Source: Salinivirgaceae bacterium (GTDB lineage: Bacteria; Bacteroidota; Bacteroidia; Bacteroidales; SZUA-534). Taken from it: DNA of 64,000 nt. Shown here in pieces: positions 40,373-49,523 of this stretch. The translations under genes were made by a program, and so were the position numbers. Positions within the stretch are counted from its first letter, which is position 1, and each line of letters begins with the position of its first letter. Location of the stretch: contig JAGCNL010000076.1 of the NCBI GenBank assembly GCA_017645945.1, positions 59,673 through 123,672 of the forward strand. Direction: 5' to 3'. The notes below the pieces were generated by a model that did no database searches, was not told where the DNA came from, and was given only the letters and a program-made list of their open reading frames with translations.

Positions 40373-40981
40373 CTATTCCTGCGACAGTTTTGTGATTTGT
40401 GCAATGTATTTTCCGATGATGTCGAACTCCAAATTGGCAACCGTTCCAACCTTGATAGTGTGGAAGTTGGTGTTGTCGAAAGTGTAAGGAATGATGCAGA
40501 CTTGGAACGAGTTGCGTGTCGGGCGGCAAACAGTCAGGCTTACACCATTGACCGTTACAGAACCCTTATCCACAGTCAGATAACCGCGCGATGCCATTTC
40601 CTTGTCAAAGTCGTACTCGAAGGTGAAAACGTGGCTTCCCTCGGCATCTTCAACCTTTGTGCAGCGAGCAGTCTTGTCCACGTGGCCCTGAACAATGTGA
40701 CCGTCCAATCGGCCGTTCATCAGCATTGAGCGCTCAACGTTCACCTTGTCGCCAACCTTCAACAGACCCAGATTCGAGCAATCGAGCGTCTCCTTCATGG
40801 CCGTCACGGTGTAGGTTCCATCTTTGATGCGCACCACCGTCAGGCAAACGCCATTATGAGCCACGCTTTGGTCGATTTTCAGCTCATCGACAAACGAGCA
40901 TTTGAGCGTAAAATGCAGATTTTCCTGGTCTTTCTCAATGCCGACAACTTCGGCAAACTCTTCAACAATTCCTGAAAACAT
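40373..40981 (-). CDS. ribE: Riboflavin synthase (alpha chain)
   Basis: N-terminal MFSGIVE, SVAHNGVCLTV, VNVER, GHIVQGHVD, KGSVTVNGVSLTV, NLEFDIIGKY. Confidence 0.97.
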   Translation of the reverse strand: MFSGIVEEFAEVVGIEKDQENLHFTLKCSFVDELKIDQSVAHNGVCLTVVRIKDGTYTVTAMKETLDCSNLGLLKVGDKVNVERSMLMNGRLDGHIVQGHVDKTARCTKVEDAEGSHVFTFEYDFDKEMASRGYLTVDKGSVTVNGVSLTVCRPTRNSFQVCIIPYTFDNTNFHTIKVGTVANLEFDIIGKYIAQITKLSQE

Positions 40982-41212
40982 AGTCCGATGTTTTTAATTA
41001 TTTATATCGGCAACATATTGGATAACAATCATTTATCAAAAACACAAAAGATTGCTACCAACAATCGCAATAGTGGCGGCAAGTTATTAAAAAGCGTGAT
41101 TTTTTGCTAATGAAACGTTCAACGGACAGACTTTAAAAATCCTAACTCCTAATTCCTAACTTCTAAATATATCATTACATTTGTTTATCAATAACTAAAA
41201 AATATAATAATT

Positions 41213-42145
41213 ATGGTTTATTACGGAACACAAACAAGTGTGAAACGCCCTGGCGCACTGTTAATTGGCATTGGTCTGGTCGTGGCTTTGTTTACAGGCG
41301 TAGCTGTTGCAATGGCAGCCGGAGTGCTCGAATTCTCGTTCAGAACTATGGGGCTGATTTCGGGAATGGTGACGATTGGCATTGTGATATTTATTACTGT
41401 ACCAGTATTTTATAAAGCCAAAAATTCAACAAAAGTAATCGGAACGATAGCCGATTTTGCGACCGGGGAGATTACATATAGAAGTTCGTCGGGTTCTCTC
41501 CGCCGACAGGCCGCATACCAAATGATTGTTGAATACACTCTCAATGGACAGAAATTCAGCGGGATAAAGATTGATGCAACATCAACAAAAATGCCCGAAG
41601 TGGGAACGCCCGTCAACTTGCTTGTCAGCAACAACAATCCGATGTCTGTAATGACACCTAAAATGGTGCGTTTTAATGCTATAATGGCTGCGGTATTTTT
41701 TATTGTGGCGTTGATTTTCGTTTTGATAGGCATTTTTGCTGAAAATGGCGGTGGCGAAACACATACCATTCAGCCAGGCACCGCCGAAGCTGACGAATAC
41801 ATATTGATGGCTTCGCTCATAGGCGGCGGTTTAGCTGCTCTTTTTATTATTATCGGTCTGATTGTTAGCATAATACGCGCAGCAAAGCAATCATCATCGG
41901 CTCTGAAAACAACTGGAGTGAAGGTTACTTGCAAGATTACCGATGTTAATGTGAACGAGAATATGATTATAAACGGCGAGCATCCCATACGCCTTACCTG
42001 CGCTGAGCCGGAGGGCACACAACGACTTATCAAGGCCAAAGGCTCGGTTGGTGATTTCACCGTTGGCGACGAGATTGACATTTTTGTCAACCCGCAAAAG
42101 CCCGATAAATTCTATGCCGATATGGAATCGGTGAGGAAGGTATAA
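41213..42145 (+). CDS. Membrane protein with two TM-hairpin/OB-like (DUF3592-like) units
   Basis: Four hydrophobic helices. Two soluble beta-rich segments end in VGTPVNLLVSNNNP and VGDEIDIFVNPQKP. TACATTTG promoter element at 41176-41183. Confidence 0.55.
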   Translation: MVYYGTQTSVKRPGALLIGIGLVVALFTGVAVAMAAGVLEFSFRTMGLISGMVTIGIVIFITVPVFYKAKNSTKVIGTIADFATGEITYRSSSGSLRRQAAYQMIVEYTLNGQKFSGIKIDATSTKMPEVGTPVNLLVSNNNPMSVMTPKMVRFNAIMAAVFFIVALIFVLIGIFAENGGGETHTIQPGTAEADEYILMASLIGGGLAALFIIIGLIVSIIRAAKQSSSALKTTGVKVTCKITDVNVNENMIINGEHPIRLTCAEPEGTQRLIKAKGSVGDFTVGDEIDIFVNPQKPDKFYADMESVRKV

Positions 42146-42185
42146 GATATTCAGGATTCGAGAGTTAGGACTCTGATTCACCAAT

Positions 42186-42225
42186 AAAAAACGGAACAGA
42201 CTGCATTGCAATTTGTTCCGTTTTT
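42186..42225. terminator. Bidirectional terminator between the membrane-protein gene and the tRNA
   Basis: AAAAAACGGAACAGA...TTTGTTCCGTTTTT inverted repeat with A/T tracts on both sides. Confidence 0.8.
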
Positions 42226-42227
42226 AG

Positions 42228-42300
42228 TAGCGGGGGCCCGACTCGAACGAGCGACCTCTGGGTTATGAGCCCAACGAGCTACCAACTGCTCTACCCCGCG
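42228..42300 (-). tRNA. tRNA-Met (CAT), initiator type
   Basis: CGCGGGGTAGAGCAGTTGGTAGCTCGTTGGGCTCATAACCCAGAGGTCGCTCGTTCGAGTCGGGCCCCCGCTA. CAT anticodon, three G-C pairs in the anticodon stem, unpaired C1:U72; CCA not encoded. Confidence 0.96.
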
Positions 42301-42334
42301 ATGTATAGGCAAAATCGTTTCCGATTTGCGACTG

Positions 42335-42365
42335 CAAAGATAGACACTCTTTTATTAAAAACAAA
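42335..42365 (-). promoter_or_regulatory. Bacteroidota sigma70 promoter of the tRNA
   Basis: TTTG (42365-42362), 19-nt spacer, TATCTTTG (42342-42335). Confidence 0.75.
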
Positions 42366-42453
42366 TTTTGTTTTGCGAAATATGAACAATGGCAATCGAT
42401 TTGAGTCTCAACCGATTGTGCACGACAAATGAATTCAACCTTTCAAGTCAGCA

Positions 42454-42927
42454 CTACTCCATCACGTCGTCGGGTGTGAGTTTCGGGAATTTAATCTTCG
42501 AATTCACAACGTACGAGTCGGGGTAAAGTGCGCGGATTACATGATAAAAAGCGTTTGCCTCACCACGGCTGCGAAAATCGCCCACGCAGAGCTTGAAATA
42601 GGGTGTTTTGTATTCAGGATAGACCTGTGCAGGATCGAAATCAGGGAAGTTTTTCAGAAACTGCTGGCTGATTGTCTGCATTGTGGCACGGGCATTCTGA
42701 CCCGAACCCGAATAAATCTGTATTCTATAGCCTTTTATACCGTCGCGCTTGTTAGCATCGGCGTATGCCTCAATCAATTTGTAGAGTTTGTCATCCTGCA
42801 CAAGCGAGATTTTTCCATAACCAGGTTGATCGTCATTCAACTGGTAAAAAAGATCACCGTTCTGCGCGCATGTGGTACCTGCGGCAGTCAGCACTATCAG
42901 AAAGACAACAAACAATCTCGCTTTCAT
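42454..42927 (-). CDS. SPOR-domain (peptidoglycan-binding) protein
   Basis: Signal peptide from MKARLF (ATG 42927); GYRIQIYSG...PYFKLCVGDFRSRGEA. Canonical promoter TTTG-21nt-TATCTTTG at 42979-42947. Confidence 0.8.
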   Translation of the reverse strand: MKARLFVVFLIVLTAAGTTCAQNGDLFYQLNDDQPGYGKISLVQDDKLYKLIEAYADANKRDGIKGYRIQIYSGSGQNARATMQTISQQFLKNFPDFDPAQVYPEYKTPYFKLCVGDFRSRGEANAFYHVIRALYPDSYVVNSKIKFPKLTPDDVME

Positions 42928-42976
42928 CTTTTTTCGTTTTCTGTTGCAAAGATATAAAATAGGCCAATGCATTAAC

Positions 42977-43022
42977 AAAAAAAATGGTTTGAAAGTCTAT
43001 ACTCAGACCATTCAAACCATTT
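42977..43022 (-). terminator. Terminator after pepO
   Basis: AAAAAAAATGGTTTGAA...TTCAAACCATTT inverted repeat with U-tract on the minus strand. Confidence 0.7.
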
Positions 43023-43043
43023 AATTTATTGATAATTATTCCC

Positions 43044-45077
43044 TTACCAGATGCGTACGCGCTCGTCGGCAGGGATGAACATTTTGTCGCCTTCTTTCAC
43101 GTTGAATGCCTCGTACCAAGAGTCGATATGCGGCAAAGTGCCGTTCACGCGCCACAGACCGATTGAATGCGGATCGCTTTTGGTGCGTTTGCGGATTTCC
43201 TCATCACGAATATTGTTTGCCCAAACTGTCGCGTAAGCGATAAAGAACCGCTGCTCAGGCGTGAAACCGTCTTTGTCCTTCAACGGTTTGTCTTTGGTTG
43301 CGTTCTTGAATGCCTGGTACGACACTTGCAGACCGCCATGGTCGGCAAGATTCTCACCCAAAGTCAGCTCGCCGTTGCCTTTCAGGTCATCGAGCACGTT
43401 GATGTTGCTGAAGAAGTCAGCCAGAGGCTTAACGCGCTGCATGAATTTATCGGCATCCCCTTTTGCCCACCATTCATGCAAGTTGCCGTCCTTGTCAAAC
43501 TGACGGCCCTCGTCATCAAATCCGTGAGTCATTTCATGGCCAATGACAACACCGATGGCACCATAGTTAAAGGCATCGTCAGCGTTCATGTCGAAGAACG
43601 GATACTGCAGAATACCAGCCGGGAAGCAAATCTCGTTGGTGGTTGGCATATAGTAGGCGTTGACGGTTTGCGGTGTCATAAGCCATTCATCTGGATTGAC
43701 AGGCTTATTATACTTCGTTTTCACCGTGTATTCAATATCCTCAACATTAACAGCCAACACATTCTCCCACAGTGAATTGGCCGTTGACACATTCATATTA
43801 GAATAGTCGCGCCAAGTGTCGGGATAACCGATTTTTACACGGAATGTGCTCAATTTGTCGATGGCAACAGCTTTGGTTGAATCGCTCATCCAGTCTTGCG
43901 CAAGAATACGCTCACGCAGAGCCACCTGAAGGTTCTCAACAAGCTTTGTCATACGCTCTTTGTACGACGCAGGGAAGTATTTCTCAACATACAACTGGCC
44001 CACGGCCTCTCCCATCGCCTCGCTGCAGAGGTACACGGCACGTTTCCATCTCGGCTGGTCCTCAAGGCGTCCGCTCAATACTTTTCCGTTGAAATTGAAG
44101 TGCTCAAGTCTGAAATCGTCAGAAATATAACTTGCTGCAGCGTTGATGTAGGTCCACTCCATATACGACTTCAAAGCCTCAACAGTCTCCGTTGCAAGTA
44201 CCTTATCGGCCTCGGCAAAGAACTCTGGTTGTCCGACAATAAGTTGCTGTACATCATCGATTTTCATTTTTTTGCACAAAGCGTCGAAATCGATATTGCC
44301 GTATTTGCTCTTCAACTCGCTGTATGACATTTTGTTATAGTTCGACTCGGGGTCGCGCAACTCTACATTGTTGCGTGACGATTTTGCCAAATTGGTCTCG
44401 ATACGAAGCACATCCTCCATTTTCTTGTTGGCTTCAGCCTCATTATAACCGACCATTGAAAACATTTTTGCCACATGAGCGCGATAAGCTGCCATTATTG
44501 ACAGTGTGTTCTCATCAGTATCGATATAATATTCTTTATCGCGCAGCGTCAGGCCTCCTTGCTGAAAATACACGATATTGTTTTTGCTGTCTTTTGCATC
44601 GGCAGCAATACCGAAATAGAAAAACGAAAAAACTCCTTTTGCCATCAGCTCAGTTGCTTCAACAAAAACGCCTTTTCGGTTATCGACAGCCCTAATAGCC
44701 TTCAAATCGGCCTCCAAAGGTTTGTAGCCGTTGTTGTTGAGCGTAGTGCTGTCCATCATCTGGTTGTAGAGTGTGGCAATTTTGTAGGCAATTGAGCCTT
44801 CAGGATTTTGTTTGCCGCCAAGCTCCTCTATCAAGTCGTTGAGCTGCTTGCGAGTGTCTTCACCAACCTTGTCGAACGAGCCGAACCGTGAATACTCCGG
44901 CTGCAGCGGATTGTTCTTCTCCCAACCACCGCAAACGAACTTGTAAAAGTTGTCGCCAGGCTTGAAACTCTTGTCAAAATTCTCCGGTCTTACGCCCGAA
45001 CTCAGGTCGGAGCTACCGCACGCGAATGATGTTATTGCGATTGACATCAGTAATAAACTTTTAAAACGATTTTTCAT
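43044..45077 (-). CDS. pepO: M13 family (neprilysin-like) metalloendopeptidase
   Basis: Lipobox SFAC; VNAYY; FPAGILQ; VIGHEMTHGFDD; GENLAD. Start set at ATG 45077, downstream of TATGTTTG (45126-45119). Confidence 0.93.
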   Translation of the reverse strand: MKNRFKSLLLMSIAITSFACGSSDLSSGVRPENFDKSFKPGDNFYKFVCGGWEKNNPLQPEYSRFGSFDKVGEDTRKQLNDLIEELGGKQNPEGSIAYKIATLYNQMMDSTTLNNNGYKPLEADLKAIRAVDNRKGVFVEATELMAKGVFSFFYFGIAADAKDSKNNIVYFQQGGLTLRDKEYYIDTDENTLSIMAAYRAHVAKMFSMVGYNEAEANKKMEDVLRIETNLAKSSRNNVELRDPESNYNKMSYSELKSKYGNIDFDALCKKMKIDDVQQLIVGQPEFFAEADKVLATETVEALKSYMEWTYINAAASYISDDFRLEHFNFNGKVLSGRLEDQPRWKRAVYLCSEAMGEAVGQLYVEKYFPASYKERMTKLVENLQVALRERILAQDWMSDSTKAVAIDKLSTFRVKIGYPDTWRDYSNMNVSTANSLWENVLAVNVEDIEYTVKTKYNKPVNPDEWLMTPQTVNAYYMPTTNEICFPAGILQYPFFDMNADDAFNYGAIGVVIGHEMTHGFDDEGRQFDKDGNLHEWWAKGDADKFMQRVKPLADFFSNINVLDDLKGNGELTLGENLADHGGLQVSYQAFKNATKDKPLKDKDGFTPEQRFFIAYATVWANNIRDEEIRKRTKSDPHSIGLWRVNGTLPHIDSWYEAFNVKEGDKMFIPADERVRIW

Positions 45078-45474
45078 ATAGTTGCAAATTTGATGTTCGA
45101 ACTTATCAAAACGAAATGCAAACATACGAAAAATGATTATCAGTTTTGTGTCAAAAAATGCATTGTTTTTAATTAATTATCATTAAGCCAACATAAAGGG
45201 AACATAAAGGGAACATATAGGAAAGCCAACGCCATTTTTTGATTTGGAAAAATGACAAACCCGCAGGGCAGCAACACCGCTGAGAAACTTGCGTTTTCTT
45301 CTGCTTTCGGTTGTTTTCTTTGCGATAAAGTTGTTTTGTGCGGTTTTGTGCGGTTTGCTTTCGGTTGCGGTTGGATTGTGCGGGAAAGTTTGCGATAACC
45401 GCCCGAGGGGATTACTCGGTGATTACTCGAGGATATGGCGATGAGGCAGCACGGCGTATATAGTAAAAATGACA

Positions 45475-45512
45475 AAAATCCGCAGGCCGCCACTAACGGG
45501 CAGCCTGCGGAT
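45475..45512 (-). terminator. Terminator after the 45540-46853 lipoprotein gene
   Basis: ATCCGCAGGC...GCCTGCGGAT stem with U-tract on the minus strand. Confidence 0.7.
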
Positions 45513-45539
45513 ACTGTTGCAGCAAGTTATTTTACTCGA

Positions 45540-46853
45540 TTATTTTATTTCATGATTTGGATAATTTTCGTCTTTTGTAAAATCCTCTGTGCAGGTTTCC
45601 TCCTGAAGAATGGTGAAATTCTTGGCCATTGTCAGCACTCCGTTCTCAAACACCTCGAATTTGACTTTATTATTCTCAAACTCCTTTACCACATGTTTAT
45701 TGTCCCCAATCCAGTCATATATTTCACTTCTTTCAACCTTGCTCAAAAGCAAATGGATGTCAACCGTACAAGGACCGCTGTATCTGAAATGACGAGAATG
45801 GTCTTCCTCGTTCCATGTTGAATAGTTGACTCCTGGCAGAACCTCAAACGACCAACACCTCATTGGCGAGCTCACTTTGATGTCGAGCTCAGTGCCGGCT
45901 GGGACTTTCACGGCCATTGAGTAGCCGCCGTACATGCAGGCGGTATCGTTGATTGCCAGAACATTCTTGCCGAATTCGCCTTTTGAAGGAAATTCGAGGT
46001 TCGATTGAAGCTCGAACTCGGTTTTTGCCGCAAAATTCCTGACAATGCCGCCAAAATCGGGCACTGCGGCCTCAACGCCCAACTCCTTGTAGCGGTTGGC
46101 CAGGTTTGCGCGAATCTCATCGGGGTTGATGGCCATGGCGTTGCCTTTAAGCTTGGAACCCAGCTTGGCATCGTCGAGTTTGCCGTCGGTGCGGATGTCG
46201 GAGGCCACATTGGCAATGAGCTCTGAGGCCGCTCCTGCCGTCAGGTTGCCCTGCATGATGGCCGAAACTGCCAGAAGTGCGGCATCGCCCTGGCCGCTGC
46301 TGGCAATGTTGAACCGCTCCGAGCCTTCAAGCCATGAAAAATCATGGTCAATCTTGAAGATGTCAAATATTTCGGCCTGAGCCTGACTTTTGGCATCGGC
46401 AAACGATGTTCCGCCAGATGTAAGATACTCAACACGTGGGCGCTCAAGGGTTGTCAGCACGTTGATGTTGGGCGTGGTGCCGCTGCTGAGGTCAGTGAGT
46501 GCGTAGAGCGACAGCTGCGATTCCGACACATCGTCCTTAACCTCATTGTAATAGTAGCCGTTGGCATGCAGCTCAACGTATTGCGACAGCCGCCCCACAC
46601 TTTTCAGCTCGAAGGCTCCTGAATTGTCGGCAATCTGTGTCTCGAAACTGCGGCCAGTCTGCTGCAACGCAGAGTTCAGCTCGGCCACCCTCACTGATGT
46701 TCCGTTGATAAACGGCCCCTTCTGCACGTTTCCGCTGATTGATGTCACATCAACCAATTTCTCATCGCCGTTAAGCTCATTAGTTTTGTCTTTGTCGTTG
46801 CACGCTCCGAATGCCAGAGCCGCAACACCGATTAGAAGAATACTCTTTTTCAT
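45540..46853 (-). CDS. Uncharacterised lipoprotein (N-terminal SG.VQKGPF..G domain seen in Fibrobacter/Bacteroidota surface proteins)
   Basis: Lipobox FGAC; ISGNVQKGPFINGTSV, GYYYNEV, NINVLTTLE..RV..L, F..AK.QA motifs. Confidence 0.6.
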   Translation of the reverse strand: MKKSILLIGVAALAFGACNDKDKTNELNGDEKLVDVTSISGNVQKGPFINGTSVRVAELNSALQQTGRSFETQIADNSGAFELKSVGRLSQYVELHANGYYYNEVKDDVSESQLSLYALTDLSSGTTPNINVLTTLERPRVEYLTSGGTSFADAKSQAQAEIFDIFKIDHDFSWLEGSERFNIASSGQGDAALLAVSAIMQGNLTAGAASELIANVASDIRTDGKLDDAKLGSKLKGNAMAINPDEIRANLANRYKELGVEAAVPDFGGIVRNFAAKTEFELQSNLEFPSKGEFGKNVLAINDTACMYGGYSMAVKVPAGTELDIKVSSPMRCWSFEVLPGVNYSTWNEEDHSRHFRYSGPCTVDIHLLLSKVERSEIYDWIGDNKHVVKEFENNKVKFEVFENGVLTMAKNFTILQEETCTEDFTKDENYPNHEIK

Positions 46854-46889
46854 TGTTTGATTTGTTTTAAGTTATTAATGATTAGATGA

Positions 46890-48653
46890 TTATTTTATTT
46901 CCAATGTTGCACCATGAGCGACTTCAAAACCTGCATCCAACAACACTTCGTTTTCTGCCTCCAAAACCAAATCGTTCCCCGTTTTAACCACCACATTCCC
47001 TTTGGGCTTTGAAGTAGTTATAGAATTGCCAGTATATATGTTTTTGCCAGAAAAATACGTGTTTTTTGATATGGTTTGATTTTGAATATATATGTTGTTT
47101 GTAAATAATGCTATACACCCATCTCCATTGGGTTTAATAGAACTGATAACACCATAATATGAACCAGGAATATTTGTCGCACTTGTGTTAACTCCCAATT
47201 TGGCACCAGAATAAAATTTTATAATACTTAAATAATTGTTTAAATTGATTTTTGCTCCGAGCAACACGCATAAATAGCCTCCAGGCTGAACTTCAATACA
47301 TCCTGCATCTGATATGTCCAGATTTCCGCCGACAATCAATGTTCCTCCTTTTTTCACAACTATTTTGTTTGATGAATTCATTGTCACCGACTTACCCTTT
47401 TCAAGAGATAACACACCGCCGTCTTCTATCTCGATAGCGCAGTTTTTTTTGAACTCATAATTTGCGTTTAATGTCAGATAACCATTCTTTTTGATTTGAA
47501 TATCATGAAACAATCTGACGTAAGTATTATTCCATTTTTCTTTATTCCCGATAACAACTGGCACATCAGAATGAGTGTTTTCTCTTACATATTTTCCGAC
47601 ACTCTTTATAGCTATAGCACGATGCATTTGCCCTGCCTGCATGGGGGAAATATAAGTTTGAGTATTTGTGCCTCCCATAACATTATTGGTTATTTTTTTT
47701 GCATCAGAGCCAGTATATTCATAAGGATTTACCCATTTGGCAATGTGAGGGAATGTTGAAGATTTGCCACATGGGCCAAAAATATCTGACAAATATTCTG
47801 AGTCGTCATATTTATGCTCATATTTGCAAGAATGTGTTCCCTTAATGTCAGTACAACCAACTGCCGACGAACCTCCTCCGCAATATGTATGGCTCAATTC
47901 AAGGTTGTGGCCTAACTCATGAGCCAAAACTGTAGCCGCAGCACTTTCTGCATATTGGTTGCTTGTCGGACATGTATTGAACATTACGATATAAGAATCA
48001 TCATTTGCGCTGGTTGTTGGAGAATTGGCATAAGCGGAACAATCCTTACAAGAACTTGCTATAAAGAAAATATTTATGCCATCCTGCAATATTGAAGGAT
48101 CCTCTTTTACAGATAGAGTGTTTGCAATATAATTATATAGTTTTTTGTCTGCGGTACCGTACAATGGCTCACAAAGATTGTTCATTTCGGTTGATTTGTA
48201 GAAATATATTCTTTTATTGTAATCACCCAACGTAAATCTTATTCTTGTATCATATCTCGGCAACTCATCCTCTTCATTTAACACTTTATCCGATGGGCCT
48301 CCTTTTTCCCTAACAGATTTTCCCGAGTATGTGTCATTTATATTGTTTAGTAGGGCAATCAATTTTGTTCTGCTTGCATAATCGTCGGCATATCTGCTTC
48401 CCTGTCCGTTATCATCAAGAAAAACATGAAACGAAATGTTGATGTACATAATAGGCGGGGTTTGCAACGGGTCACCGTTGCAGCGCGGTATCCATGTTCG
48501 CAAATCATTCAAATCGTATTTTCCCGTATTTGGAGTCGATTGATATTTATAGGTTTTCAAGGATTTTGATGCCGGGTCACCAACACATATAAATCCTTGT
48601 GCCTGTGCCAACATAACAGTGAGCACAGCCATTATTGTAAAAATGGTTTTCAT
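46890..48653 (-). CDS. Secreted metzincin metalloprotease (M43 pappalysin/ulilysin-like)
   Basis: Signal peptide; HELGHNLELSH (HExxHxxxxxH); Met-turn NNVM; SPMQAGQM; beta-rich C-terminal part ending LLDAGFEVAHGATLEIK. Confidence 0.8.
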   Translation of the reverse strand: MKTIFTIMAVLTVMLAQAQGFICVGDPASKSLKTYKYQSTPNTGKYDLNDLRTWIPRCNGDPLQTPPIMYINISFHVFLDDNGQGSRYADDYASRTKLIALLNNINDTYSGKSVREKGGPSDKVLNEEDELPRYDTRIRFTLGDYNKRIYFYKSTEMNNLCEPLYGTADKKLYNYIANTLSVKEDPSILQDGINIFFIASSCKDCSAYANSPTTSANDDSYIVMFNTCPTSNQYAESAAATVLAHELGHNLELSHTYCGGGSSAVGCTDIKGTHSCKYEHKYDDSEYLSDIFGPCGKSSTFPHIAKWVNPYEYTGSDAKKITNNVMGGTNTQTYISPMQAGQMHRAIAIKSVGKYVRENTHSDVPVVIGNKEKWNNTYVRLFHDIQIKKNGYLTLNANYEFKKNCAIEIEDGGVLSLEKGKSVTMNSSNKIVVKKGGTLIVGGNLDISDAGCIEVQPGGYLCVLLGAKINLNNYLSIIKFYSGAKLGVNTSATNIPGSYYGVISSIKPNGDGCIALFTNNIYIQNQTISKNTYFSGKNIYTGNSITTSKPKGNVVVKTGNDLVLEAENEVLLDAGFEVAHGATLEIK

Positions 48654-48661
48654 GTAATAAA

Positions 48662-49516
48662 TTACTGTTTTATAAACTTGTTTGTATACACTATTTCTCC
48701 ATTGTCGTTTTTCACAACAATAAGTTTTGAGCCCTGCGGCAGACCGCCAATGTTGATAGACGGCAGTAAGTCTCCGCTCTGCTCAATTGTCCCAAAAACT
48801 GATATTATATCGTAGGTGAGGCAATCAAGACTCTCTATATCAACTATAAGAAAATCTTTGGCAGGATTGGGATAGACGCAGATATTGTCGTTAGTTTTTG
48901 ATGAATTAATAGAATTATATCTATATAGTTCAAAACTCTTACAATCTTCCATAGAAAAGTGCTCATATACAATACTATCATCAACAACGACTCTGGCTAA
49001 ACTTTCAACGTTTCCGTCTGAAAGACAATATCCAGTAACAAATGGTATCAGTACATTCCACAAACTGCCTATTCCTTCAATCCAATCGTCAGCAATATGA
49101 CCGCATTTATTACGTATAGAAACTATTTTTCTATTGCTGTCATCGAGCCAAATTGAGTCAACCAATATTTTATGGCTACTATATTTATCTGAAACCATTA
49201 TTTCATCGCCTTCTTTCGCCGAAAAATCCATAAAAAGCTTCTCCTCCGTGTCACTTTCGTATACAACAAAATATTTTGCATTCAGAGTATCTTCATATAT
49301 GGCGGCATAGTATTGGTTGGGGTTGTAAACTTTCTTCATTTTCTTCCCATTAATTAAAGTGTCGCCAGCTATACTATAGACCACACCATCGAGACAAGTT
49401 ATAAACTGGGCAGAATCGGGCAGAAAATGGTGTAGACGGTATGCAGTGTCGCTTTGTGCTTTAGCACCACCTGCTAAGATTACCGCAAAAAGCAAAATCA
49501 GGAAATTGGTTTTCAT
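48662..49516 (-). CDS. T9SS type-A CTD protein of unknown function
   Basis: Signal peptide; GDTLINGK, WIEGIGS; C-terminal VYPNPAKD...INIGGLPQG...KFIKQ. Confidence 0.75.
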   Translation of the reverse strand: MKTNFLILLFAVILAGGAKAQSDTAYRLHHFLPDSAQFITCLDGVVYSIAGDTLINGKKMKKVYNPNQYYAAIYEDTLNAKYFVVYESDTEEKLFMDFSAKEGDEIMVSDKYSSHKILVDSIWLDDSNRKIVSIRNKCGHIADDWIEGIGSLWNVLIPFVTGYCLSDGNVESLARVVVDDSIVYEHFSMEDCKSFELYRYNSINSSKTNDNICVYPNPAKDFLIVDIESLDCLTYDIISVFGTIEQSGDLLPSINIGGLPQGSKLIVVKNDNGEIVYTNKFIKQ

Positions 49517-49523
49517 GTACTTT

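Noticed and set aside
42228-42300. tRNA as an integration site with an att duplication
   Set aside because: No second copy of the tRNA 3' end and no integrase were seen in the window.
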